A stretch of DNA of 64,000 nt from Epithemia pelagica. Its lineage: Eukaryota > Protista > Bacillariophyta. The stretch lies in NCBI GenBank assembly GCA_946965045.2, contig OX337235.1, forward strand, positions 2,418,001-2,482,000, in the 5' to 3' direction. Positions 23,701 to 34,300 of the stretch are shown here, one piece after another (position 1 is the first letter of the stretch; the number at the start of each line of letters is the position of its first letter). The position numbers were made by a program, and so were the translations under genes. The notes beneath the pieces are model-generated. The model was not told where the DNA came from and searched no databases. It saw only the letters and a list, made by a program, of their open reading frames with translations.

Positions 23701-26300
23701 CAAACAAGGGTATCTCTTCCAACAAAAATCTGAGCAGCCTTAGAACCATTATCAATAGCAGGTGTATCAGCAAAGACTGTATCAGTGGCAACCCCTTCAC
23801 GACGACGACCGATATTGAGCACAGGGTTACGAGTGCGAAAGTGCTTCTTGAGATAATCATGAGGGGAAAATCCCACATAGCGTGTAGAAACCTTAAAGGT
23901 ATTAGCTATGCTATCAGCCGATGCCCAAGCAAAATAAGGACGTAGGGCTTCAAAATCTTCAGATTTCAGAGATTGTTGATGATAACGACTGTGTTGAAAG
24001 TCGACAGCACCAGCTAGGTTTGTCTGTTGATGAAGGGTAAGAATCTGGGAAACTAGGTTGACGCGATGAACATAGTCTCCAGTCGCAGAAAAATCACGAT
24101 CAATAGGGTCTGGGTTGACAAGATCCATCCAATCAGAATGTGTATCAGGATTGGACGAATGAGAGTGATCCATGACGTCAGGATTCCATTCATCGGGTGA
24201 CGTAAAGACGACATGAGGATAGGTAGCTAGGTCATTATCAGTAGGAATGCCTAGACTATCCAAATAGACAAGTCCACCCTTAAAGATCAAAGGTAAGGCA
24301 TAACCGTCTAGAGTCTCAATACGCTGTCGACCACCGACAAGAACTGACTTGTCATCAACAAGAGTCTTGAAATATTCCATTTGTGGCGGAGAGTGAATCG
24401 AACGACCTTTGCCAAGGTAAGCATACTCATGGAAAATACCAACGATTGTACCTAGCTGTGTAGAATAAAGACCTGCAGCGGTAACAATGTCCAAACCAGT
24501 TACCTCGTGATTATCAATGCCAATAATGTTAATCTTTCGACCAGTTTTGTGGATAATCTTTAAATCACTCCCAGCTAAACCACCATTGGCCCCTCTATCA
24601 ATCAACTGAAAGGTAGGATTAAGGTTAGCCTTGGAGAAGCGATAGGTAGCATTGATAGAGAAACTAACACCCTTAGATTTAGCCTTGTTGGCAGAAAGGA
24701 CGCGCTGAATATCAGATTCAGGATAATCAGTTTGCTCATGTAACATTGTGAGAAGCTGATCAGGACTAGGATCAGACTCAGTAGCAACAGCAGCTTCTTG
24801 GCAAGCTTCTTCAGTGTTATCAGTAGCTGTTGGATTTTCATCAGCAGATGATTCACTAACCTCATGTAGGTTCGTTTGACGAGGTTTAGAATTAGGTGAG
24901 TTAGCCAAGATACGTTTATTGTGTGCTTTTAGCATCTCTTTAACTTCATCTGAAGTAGCATCCCAAATATCCTTAGGGAGAAAAATACGCTGAGTACGAG
25001 TATCAATGCGATTACGAGTCCGATTAGCTTGAAAAATAGATACAAGATCCTCTTGAATGAAATCATCATGAGAACTAGAATGATCAGAGTCAAAAATATC
25101 GTGATCACACTGTTGGGAAGCATAAGCTCGTCGTTTAGATCCATTCTTGCTAGCTAAGTGCTGATCAAATTGAAAAGCAGCATTAGTCAACACACGATAG
25201 TAGTCATCATAGGACATCTTTGCATGAGTCCCAGATTGGGATTTAAGAAAATCATCGAAAATCTTGACACGTCGAAGATCTTCATTACCATCCACAGCTT
25301 GCATGAGAAAAGTAGTACGTGAAAAATCAGGTAGCTTTTGGCTAGAATCACATAGACTATCTAAAAGACGTAGTTGTTCATTGAAATGAAGCAAGAACTG
25401 GGATGTAGTGCCTCTCCATGCTGAATCAAGACGAATGTTTGTAAGATAGGCAGTGAGACGCATGATTTCCTTGCGTGACAACTCGGAGTCCGTATGATGA
25501 GTGCGTAACTCATCTAGGACGGCTGTAGCATCCATGTCCGTAGTATGGGCACGAATGATAGCACGACCTTTATCAGTTTGTAAACAACGAACTAAAACTG
25601 AATATAGGAAGATCTGTTGTTCTCGGTAAAGAGCAGAGGCAGCAGGATCGGTGGAATCCACAACAAAAGAAGGATCCAAAACATTGCCTAATCCTTGAGC
25701 AAGTGCAGTAGCACGAAAACTACGCATAAAGGGGTCATAGTTTTTCTCTTCCTTGAGTACTTCATATGCCGTTGAGTCGCGTTTAATGCCTTTACGAAAG
25801 GTAGTCAAATCTTGCTGGGACTGAGACGAGTTAGACATAGTAGACTTCCCCCCCGGAGTGCCAAGAGATGGAGTACCTGGAGTAGACGGCACGTTTAAGG
25901 CCCGAGGCTGAGAAGAAGTAGGGAAATAAGTCCCGATGCGAAACCGACCATAATCCTCGCGAGTAAGTGCTAACCAGTCATCAGCACCAAAGAAACGCTG
26001 GGCGAGAGAGTGAAGATGATTAGCCCAAAGAAGAAAAGCACGAATTTGCTTAGCAAAGGTAGGATGTAATTTCTGGGTCTTAGTCTGTCGCTTAGTTTTA
26101 AATTCAAGGTCATCCGCAAGGGTTTCAGGTTCGAAGACATACAACTCAAGAAACTCAGAGAAGTTTAAAAACTTGTGATGAGTAAACCAGTCTTGGAAAT
26201 CAGTAAGGCGATCTGGGGGTTGATTCAAGATCGTAGTAAAGATGTGCTGAAAAACTGGATCCTGGGAAAGATCTACTGCATTCTCAGTCGATTCCGTCAT
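20796..26300 (-). CDS. gag-pol: Gag-Pol polyprotein, 1834 aa (Gag, protease, integrase, chromodomain-like module, RT, RNase H)
   Basis: Protease LIDRGANGG (D codon 24597-24599). Integrase VATD / LISD / NFAE. RT KARLVADG, KALYGL and YVDD (21813-21824). RNase H YVDA, GSEF, FGDN, NPADVLTK. No stops. Confidence 0.97.
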   Translation of the reverse strand: MTESTENAVDLSQDPVFQHIFTTILNQPPDRLTDFQDWFTHHKFLNFSEFLELYVFEPETLADDLEFKTKRQTKTQKLHPTFAKQIRAFLLWANHLHSLAQRFFGADDWLALTREDYGRFRIGTYFPTSSQPRALNVPSTPGTPSLGTPGGKSTMSNSSQSQQDLTTFRKGIKRDSTAYEVLKEEKNYDPFMRSFRATALAQGLGNVLDPSFVVDSTDPAASALYREQQIFLYSVLVRCLQTDKGRAIIRAHTTDMDATAVLDELRTHHTDSELSRKEIMRLTAYLTNIRLDSAWRGTTSQFLLHFNEQLRLLDSLCDSSQKLPDFSRTTFLMQAVDGNEDLRRVKIFDDFLKSQSGTHAKMSYDDYYRVLTNAAFQFDQHLASKNGSKRRAYASQQCDHDIFDSDHSSSHDDFIQEDLVSIFQANRTRNRIDTRTQRIFLPKDIWDATSDEVKEMLKAHNKRILANSPNSKPRQTNLHEVSESSADENPTATDNTEEACQEAAVATESDPSPDQLLTMLHEQTDYPESDIQRVLSANKAKSKGVSFSINATYRFSKANLNPTFQLIDRGANGGLAGSDLKIIHKTGRKINIIGIDNHEVTGLDIVTAAGLYSTQLGTIVGIFHEYAYLGKGRSIHSPPQMEYFKTLVDDKSVLVGGRQRIETLDGYALPLIFKGGLVYLDSLGIPTDNDLATYPHVVFTSPDEWNPDVMDHSHSSNPDTHSDWMDLVNPDPIDRDFSATGDYVHRVNLVSQILTLHQQTNLAGAVDFQHSRYHQQSLKSEDFEALRPYFAWASADSIANTFKVSTRYVGFSPHDYLKKHFRTRNPVLNIGRRREGVATDTVFADTPAIDNGSKAAQIFVGRDTLVCDVYGVKSDAQFVNTLEDNIRLRGAMDVLISDRAQALVSKKVQDILRSLFISQYTSEPHHQHQNFAENRYSTLKRWTNLILNISGCPPSCWLLALDYASTVLNHLASPALNGRTPIERLTGSTPDVSFLLAHYFWEPIYFSYDPDRSSYPSTGNESKGRWVGFGTGVGDPLTWKILTDETSTILFRSTIRSATSSLPNRRLDPEKGEIVHVRGRHEDSSSGSTPPMPTIDPHDLLGRKFLGPKLETGERFRGLVVAMVQDQAYRDRKRFEDLSFEVEYDEGRLREIVTYNELLNHLDHDPDDVVFSEQEYRMRQITAHQGPLKPTDAHYKGSSYNVLVEWENGETSYEPLSFIASDDPLLCAIYAKNNGLLDLDGWKHLAKYVKTEKRLIKTLRRHLQQAKKKMIRRNSRAQIKYRFGVQVPRDYDEAILLDVQNKNNLWSKATELELDQVIHQYKTFLVRDKAIFQNGKLMNAPEGYQRLRVHLVFDVKHDGRRKARLVADGHLTIRDPSMSSYSGVVSIRGLRLVVFLSELNKLEIWAADIGNAYLEAQTKEKLFIIAGPEFGDLEGKILIFDKALYGLVTSGARWHDKLYDVLQEMGFKPCKIEPDIWFKLNEEHGVYEYIAVYVDDLAIAAKNPKEICDIFTEKFKFKLKGVGPIAYHLGCTYKREPDGTLVGDPRRYVEKILEGYEILFGNKPKKYKTPLDRQDHPELDDSELCEEKDIAIYQSIIGQLQWVVTIGRFDIFTSVMTLARFRAAPRIGHLERAKRVVGYLAGMYHGAIRFRLHEPDYSNLPDQNYDWFRVYDGAREEVPKDAPEPKGLPVVTTTYVDANLKHDMITGRSASGILHLVNGTPMDWYSKRQATVETATFGSEFVSARIACDQIMELRIFLRYLGVPLRDSSYLFGDNKSVVTNSTVPHSILSKRHHFLSYNRVRECMASKAIKFYWKDGKTNPADVLTKNWDFVTG

Positions 26301-27361
26301 GATATCAGTAAACTAGGTAGAACTAGGTGAAAAACTTGAATATCTTGAGCGGAGATAGGATGAAGTTACTACTGAAGAGCCCTCTGAATCAAATTCACCA
26401 GGTAGTAGCCTACTTGTATCCGTCTCCAAAAACTTGAAAAACTTGAAAATAAAACCAAATAAAACACTTGAAATCAAACCGATTGAAAATAAAACTCCAA
26501 GCAGAGGTGCTATTCAGAACCGGGAGCAATGTCACGGGGCTCGCTGAGCGAAGCTAATTAGAATGTGACGCGCTTCCACTGCAGTCTTTAGGCTAGGTTG
26601 CTACCCGAGGGTAACGAAGAACTAGCAAGATCTGACGGTGTCTGTTCTTGACTCCACACACCGGGATTGCCAATCCCTAGCCCAAACTCCACGTGTAGGA
26701 AGGAAAAAGAAGCGATCAAAAGGCGGGAAAAACCAAGAACAATCGCGCACCAGGAAGGTAACGTCTGGCGGTTAAGCAATCTGTCCACAGCGCAAAGATA
26801 GAGAGCCTGATCGCTTGGCGGGCGACAGCAACAGATGCGTTGTTAGTAACGAACACGTGTGCCGGAGCACGCGAAGTAGTACCTGTTGAGTACCTTAACT
26901 TCGCCCCCTGACGGTATCCAGCCGGTCTGGCAAGGATCGCCCTCTTTTCGGCCTTGCGGCTTACTTGTACGTAAAGTACGGGATGGGGATACGACAGTCT
27001 CGCGGGGACTGGGAGTTGGGTTGCCCGTGGGATTGGTTACCTCGGATAGTTCCCCCAACTCTGTTTTCCGACACAGACAAGAAACGACGAAAAACAAAAT
27101 TCGATGCCGACAATGAAGATTTTTCGACAACGATAAGACGACAACCAACCGACCCAACAACCAACCAAATGGATGAATCGATCGAATATGACGAGACGGA
27201 GAGGACGGGATATGAGAATCAATCCCTCCGAACGAATTTTACCTTCGGAAGTAAGAGCGAACCCAACAAACACAAACAACGCAAGAGATCGGTCAAAGAC
27301 AACAATCAACCAAACGAGTCGGAAAGGAAACGAGAACAACAATCAACAGGCGTGCTGTTGA

Positions 27362-27372
27362 GACTGTTAATC
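27362..27372 (-). promoter_or_regulatory. Primer-binding site, complementary to a tRNA-Asn(GUU) anticodon arm
   Basis: GATTAACAGTC abuts the 5' LTR with no TGG. Its complement GACTGTTAATC has the C-U-GUU-A-A anticodon loop pattern. Confidence 0.65.
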
Positions 27373-27895
27373 TGACAAAAGATGAAGGACTCCGGTCGTT
27401 ACGACACAACAATCAAAGATACAACAAAGCGTTAGACAATTCAAGGCACCAACCACGTAGCCAATCCCCCACGGGTCAAGGAAAAGGCCAACAACTACTA
27501 GAAGAGTAGGTAGGACACAAAGAGATGTGATGATGATGCTTTTTAGAATTGTGAGTGTTATCGTCTATGTTAGTGCTCATTGTTGTTGTTCCCCCTTTTC
27601 CATCCATTTGTACTAGGTACGTAGAAATCTACACGCAGCATTGCTGGTTCGTGTGCATCTGACATCTAGATCGCATTCAATCGTCCCAAGATATCGCACA
27701 TGTTCATGGATGATGTCTAGCTCATGTCCAAGGCCATTGAAAGCGCCTCCTATCGTATTCCCTTTCTCCCCATTGTCTAAACTACGATCTACATGTGCTA
27801 GGTGTTTGTATATTATGACGTCACAGCCAGATGAAACCACTAGGTATTGATCGTGACTCATCGTACGATCAGTCACGGTCATCTACCTTGTGCGA
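27373..27895 (-). repeat. 5' LTR (523 bp)
   Basis: Direct repeat of 20177-20699 at offset 7196. No differences seen by eye. Confidence 0.97.
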
Positions 27896-27900
27896 GGACG
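27896..27900. repeat. Target-site duplication GGACG (right)
   Basis: Matches 20172-20176. Confidence 0.95.
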
Positions 27901-28660
27901 GCTCAACAACAGAAGGATGGGACCATCGAATTCACACAACCACATTTGATAGACAAAGTTTTGTCGGCAGTTCGACTGGACGGGGGAAAAGTCAAGCCAA
28001 AGGACGTCCCAGCGGCATCATCCAAGATCCTCAAATGACGCGGTCAAGTGGCTAGGGCGATACCTGCTGGGAACTCGACGGAAAGGAATGACATTCAAAC
28101 CCGATAAGAATGCAGGATTGGAAGTCTTTGTCGACGCCGATTTCGCGGGCAACTGGGACACCACCAAGCCGCAAACAGACCAAGATACCGCACGATCGCG
28201 CCACGGATACATTATTCGGTACAAAGGGTGCCCAGTGGTGTGGAAATCATAGCTACAGACAGAGATTGCTCTGAGTTCAACGGAGAGCAAATACACCGGA
28301 CTATCATACGCACTGCGTGAGGTCATACCCCTCATGGAAATCTTGAAAGAAATGAAGGCGCACGGCATCGACATTGCGGACGCAAGGGCAAAGCTGCATT
28401 GCAAAGTGTTCGAGGATAACAGTGGCGCACTTGAGATGGCTCGTGTCCACAAGTTCCGTCCGCAAACAAAACACCTCAATGTAAAAATTACATCACTTTC
28501 GGAGTTACGTGGAGCGTGGGGATATTACTACCCACGCAATGCCAACGACGGAGCAATTAAGCGACTATCTGACAAAACCCCTGTCCTGATCAATGCTCGA
28601 GCCATTGCAAAAACAAGTAATGGGGTGGACGACCACAATTGTGCGCGAGAGGGAGTGTTA
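27901..28660 (+). pseudogene. Degenerate Copia RT C-terminus, RNase H, PPT and LTR start (relic 2, copy 1)
   Basis: QKDGTIEFTQPHLID...VFVDADFAGNW...WKS*LQTEIALSSTE...KVFEDNSGA...KHLNVK...VMGW, then GAGAGGGAG (28647-28655) followed by TGTT. Has an internal deletion, a stop and frameshifts. Confidence 0.9.
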
Positions 28661-31084
28661 AAATATTCACAATATCGCCTCGCGTGCTCAACTGTCACAA
28701 CGTATGCGCTACACAATTTGGGGGAAGTTAACACGACCCCTGAAAGATCCAATCATCCTAGATTCGTAAGATACCTTATAATCTCTTTTGCCACCTGAGT
28801 CCAACTCATCTACTTGGGCCGTAGTAGAGTTTTCACAAGAAAGTCATTGACCACAATGTCCAGACTCGCCGTTGCATGTCTATACTCTATACATCTCTAG
28901 TAGGTAGGAAGCTCGCTAGGAGTACACCGAATCCGCCGCCTGGCCCCCACGCCCATCCTACACTCCGCCCATACACCCACTTCTGGCTGTCACAAACCTC
29001 AGCGACCCCAACTAACACGCACGGGGCAATAGCTAGACTAAGACCATTATGTACTCCTCTCTAGCAAAGTGCTTCGCGACCTATCGCCATAACTCTAGAT
29101 TTGTATCCTGGGGACACAAGCAGATGGAGCACCCTCTTCTCCCAGAGCCACTATTGAAGGTTATCATCACTTGTCCCAGAAGCAACTCAGCTTTGTCAAG
29201 AAGTACAAAAGCTGATGGCTCCAATGGGAAATGGCGAATAACCTCATATGGTCTTTCAGGTCCATGCTCTGTCTATCAGGAATAACTCCGAGAGAACAAT
29301 AGCTAAAATGCTGTCCTTTTCACATTTTCAACCTTCAGCACTTAGCACCCCCATTTCCATTCTGTCAAAGGCCCGTCAGATCCTAGCTATACATAAAAAT
29401 TTTGGGGTGGGAAAACAATCCTCATCATCTTCTCCGGCAACAGCAGACTCTGGGTTGGTTATTGAATGCTACAGGAAAGGGTTTGCATTCGTTGGGTGCC
29501 TGACCACAGCAGTTTTATTGTGCATAGGTCATGTCCTGATGACAAAGTGACTCGAATCAGCAGCAAGTTGGTCCAGAGGATTTTGTTGTTGTTCTTCCGC
29601 GTGATAGGATCTGTTGTCGTATACTTACACGCCACTCGTCGTGGGTCGTGGCCCACGATTCATTCGTCAATTGAGGGGGTCAAGTTAAGATATACATGCC
29701 TGTTGTAACAGGGAAATGACATGGTCGACCATTGTATTCCCCGAATAGGCGCATGGTGCAACCCAAAAGTGGGCTCATTTCCTAACGATTGCGATTTGTC
29801 AACCAGCCCATTCAGTCTTTTATGAATTCCAGCACTTTGAGTTTTCCCTCTGTTTCCGTTAAGTTGTCCTTGACCATCCATGATCGGTATTGCTTCGTTC
29901 CAATCCAATAACAGGGTCAAGATGAAACGCAAATGACGTGTACTCCACCACCTGCCCAAAGGCTTGTCCTGTATTAGATGCCTTGTATTTTCGTTCGGCT
30001 GCTGTTACTGTATATGATTTCTTCACTCAAGTTACTAACAGGCATCAACGGAGAGTTCATGTTTTCTGTGGCCATGTGTACACACTGAAGACCATCATGA
30101 CCGTTATTGACAAAATGGCCAATTCTCCATCTGTCAGTAACGCGCAGTCTTCTCTGTCCATGATTCCACCTCACCGCCTTTTTTGCTGAATAGTGCTGGA
30201 TTCGCATGCTGCGTTGCCGCGAATCAAAGAGACGACAATGCCGGAATGCTGGGCCCAGAGATTAGGATCTACATCGTGTACAGCTAGAGCCAGGTTTGTT
30301 CGAACGGGGGCGGTGACAACCGTTGGTTTGGGTTGTTTTTCATCCGCTTGCTGCGGCTCTCCCAGACTTTTAGTTGACACCCAAGTATGGACTCGGAGCT
30401 TTGGCAGCAACAACTATCAGCGCCATGAAGGCCCCGATATGAGTATTGGCATCAGAGGATGAAGTGGTTTCCATTCAACCCACCTCGGAGCATGCGGTAC
30501 ACAGCTGTTGTGTAAGCGATGGTTCCAAGTTTGGATTTAGCTCCATTGACAGTATGATGGCTTGATTAGAGCAACGATTTTGACGGTTGCGGGGTCAATG
30601 CCGCATGTCATACCACTACATGCACATGCGTGTTGGCAATATGGCTCTCCTCATTAACTAAACGGTCTACAAATTCCAAATGTCCTATCAAAGCTACACG
30701 AATGTCGCGAAACTTGGTCTGTACTTGACTGCCGAGATGAAATGATAGTAATGCCAACGGTCCAATGAAACCAACACATTCAGGCTTTCCGGATCGACGA
30801 CACTTGAAGAAGAGGTAACAGCCATCGTATGGTTGTTGCTCGACAATAAATCGCAGAAGGTCCACTCGTATTCGTGAAACCAGTGAGAAGACCACAGCAA
30901 GATTGCCACAACTGTGCCATGCGCATTTGTACAACAATAACAACTCGGAGAGGAAAGGAACAATGGGGGAAAGACAGGATCAGTCGTGATGTAACACTGA
31001 CATTTCGGACGGGGAAACATCGAATGTAAAGAGAGAGCAACCCTGGGATCATTGCGGAGAGACTTTGGCAATGGCAGGAGAGTC

Positions 31085-31325
31085 TTGTAACCAATTAGCA
31101 AGTCGAAGATCTGGAAGTCCATCAATAGCAAGCACTACTGCTCTACTGTGTGTTTCCGTTTATCATGCGAGCACCACTTCAACTGTAGATGTTACTCCAT
31201 CTTTTGTAACCAATTAGCAAGTCGAAGATCTGGAAGTCCATCAATAGCAAGCACTACTGCTCTACTATGTGTTTCCGTTTATCATGCGAGCACCACTTCA
31301 ACTGTAGATGTTACTCCATCTTTTG
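31085..31325. repeat. 119-bp tandem duplication, spacer B
   Basis: Copy of 24-264. Confidence 0.95.
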
Positions 31326-34300
31326 TTTTCAAAGCTTGGATGACTGTGCATCACTGCTAGTCATTTCAAGTATCGCGGTGCATTCATGACCCATTTCGCG
31401 ACCTTGTGACGACTCTCGCTGGGATTCCATACTTGCCTCTGCTTCAGTCGTAGGCTCGTTGTCACTTTCAGAGGGGAAGGTGACAAAAATATTGGAATGT
31501 ATCGACGAATCGCCCAATGACGTGCTAGGAAAAGGGAAACCTTGCTCAATTCCACTCTCGTAACACGATGCTCGTCGTTGTAATGTATCGCGTGTGTCAT
31601 ACTTGTGCGGCGATGGAATGAGTGCACATGGTTCGAATTGATCATACACGTCGTCATCTTTGGGATGCGACAAGAGGCACTAAGAAAGAAGCAGGACAAG
31701 GTCTTGATTACTCAGCAGTATTGGAAAGCATCAACGAATCGCCCAATGACGTGCTAGGAAAAGGGAAACCTTGCTCGATTCCACTTACGTAACACGATGC
31801 TCGTCATTGTAATGTATCACGTGTATCATACTTGTCGTCATCTTTGAGATGCTACCAGAACTACAACTCCCGTCCAGAGGCTCTAGGGAAGCAGAGACTC
31901 ACAACGGTCGGCAGCAGCACCTTGGTTCATGCGTCGTATCATAATGCATCGATAAATCATCCCGTCGGATGCTAGGGAAATCCTCCTCAGCGTGGTCAGG
32001 GTTCCGCTTATCAAGGAATTTGTATATCAAGGATGCTAAATACGTGGGAAGTGGTGGGTGACGTGTCATTTCCTTCATATGCTTCTCTCACAAGTTTGTC
32101 TTCTTGTTTATGCTGGTCATCCAGTGTGTCGGTCAGAGCCATAGAATCAATAGACGGTGATGCAGCCCCAGGATAATGAGAAAGAGATCAGCAATTGTGC
32201 AATCTTGTTGTTCCTCCTATCGTGACGGGGAATCAGCAGAAGAGACAAGAACTTGGGTGTTCGATTTCTCCTGACGATACTCGGGGCAGAATTCCAATAC
32301 ATGATTACCACTATCCATGTGTTAAAAATCATCTTTCATCTCTTCATGGAGTTGCTTTTTTTTTAATGCTTCGAGAATCAGTGGATAACAAGTGCGAAAT
32401 CGCAATCGTATCATTACTTGGTCCTTTGGTGCGTTGGTTCAAAATCGGTAGATGACTATTTCCGGGTGCTTCCAAGTCTCTCCATGCTTCCTGTTTGACA
32501 ACTCATCCGTGACGGAATTGTCTCGTTGGGAATACATAAGCCCCGTTTCCTCTTGAGTAGTATCTACGTGGAGCATCTGATCCAACATGGCAATGGTCGT
32601 AGGCTCCCGTTCCAACTCAAATTATCCATTCTTATTTCTCATTCGCATCTTGTATAACAAACGTGCGTCTCCAAATCATTCTGGTCGCCATGTTCAAGAC
32701 ATCGATGTTGCCGTCTGCCGGGTCCGCCTTGAACTGGTTTGTGGTGGCGGGTACAATTTCGAAAGCCACATGTGGCATCTGATAGTGGCTGTCAGCCGTT
32801 TCATAACCAGAAATGGGTAGAGAGAAGAAGCTGCATTCGTAGAAACATCGTCATCCAACACCGATTCATCTAGTGGCAAAGAGTCACGTTTCTCGTCCTT
32901 GATCTGGTCTTCTTCTTGGTCTCCGTTGGACTTGAAACTGAAGAGTAGAGGCTCCGGGGCGATTTCGGAGGATGAGGCAAGCACACTATGGTCGCCGGCT
33001 TTCGGCGTTCCACCTTGGGGCAGTCTCTGCCAGTCTTCCATCCGTTGTCTTTAATTTCATGCCAGCGTCCAATGCATTCGACTACAATGCTGTTGAACCG
33101 GTCATTTGTACTGCCAAGGCTCGGAATATATGATACGACAAAGACTTAAGATTTCTTGTCCTTCTGCGAGGACCAAGTGACAGCGGAGCGGTGTGGCCAT
33201 CATTGGCTTGAGCTAAAATCATTCGTCGTCTCGCAACCGTGAAATACTTTATCAATGGTAAGCATCTGTTCCATCTTTTGAATAGTCTTGGTCTTGTACC
33301 ACTTCTATAGTCGCCTCTTCTGCCACTTTTCGGTCAAATACACGAGGCTTCTCAACTCTTAACGCTCGACTTCCGTGGTATTCTCAAAGCCACGGTAATT
33401 CTTTTCATCACGGGAGAAAACCAGAGGCAAGAAGCTATATGCTTTGAATGACATACTCCTACCTTCCCTAGCCTCCACCGCAACTCTATCTGATTCAGGG
33501 TCAAGAAACTGGGTTAATCCACCGATTTCCGGGAGACGGTGCGATCCAATCCAATCGCAGACACTGCTTGGCGTTGTATCGTTATCGGGTGATTTCATCA
33601 GAGAATTGGAGAAACAGAGGTTCTGTCGACATTTCCCGAGGGAAAAATTATCCCAGCTGATTTCGATCCCTGGAACATCAGGGACGGTGACTCTAGGATG
33701 AAAATGACGAGTGCCTTGCATCACCATCCACTGCTTCTTCGTCGGAAGCAAAAAGTGCTCATCTCCTTGTCTCGGTAGTTACGTCCAGGAATTCTGGTAC
33801 TGATGGGGTGGATGGGCATATGATGCGGACCAACGGAACAAACCAGATGCGAAATGATGAAATGCGTCGTCCACATGACAATGCGTCACGATATCAACAA
33901 GAAAAGCATGTGTCCAACGGCGGCGTGATGCCTGTTCAAGTTCATACACTTTTTTCAACTTTCCCCTAACTGCGACCATCAAACAAATAGGGAAGGTTGA
34001 TCGTCTGGTTCCATCATCGAACGCCGCTGCATTTCCAACCTTTGATGCGGTGGAGAATAAGTTATCTGGCCACACTTTTTGGAAAGTGAAGGTCACAACA
34101 ATGCGTCACAGGCAGCTACAGACTGACCACGTTTCGTCGCTACAAAGATCGGTCTGGTTGAAATTGGAAAATAGCCTTCACGGAGCTGCAAGGAGCAACC
34201 AATCGAAGATGCCCCATTCGTGCATGTGAGCTGTCCTTGAAGTTACCAGAAAGAAAATTTCAAAGAAGCGAAGACTTGGTCAAAAAGTGCATGGTAGAAA

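Larger units (their letters stand above)
20177..27895 (-). mobile_element. Full-length Ty1/Copia LTR retrotransposon (diatom CoDi-like), 7719 bp
   Basis: Two 523-bp LTRs, GGACG target duplication, PBS, PPT and an intact ORF in PR-INT-RT-RH (Copia) order. Absent from the homologous site at 51227-51231. Confidence 0.98.

Noticed and set aside
26965-27375. 136-aa antisense ORF in the element leader
   Set aside because: Low-complexity product of a U-rich leader with no motifs.
18280-28660. Relics 1 and 2 as two halves of one element
   Set aside because: They are separated by about 1.4 kb of unrelated sequence at the empty site, and their motif styles suggest different lineages. Not formally excluded without a phylogeny.
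29660-30207. Possible WD40-like fragments (HHAPIRGIQWS, AVRWNHGQRRL) on the - strand
   Set aside because: Too short and isolated to support a call.
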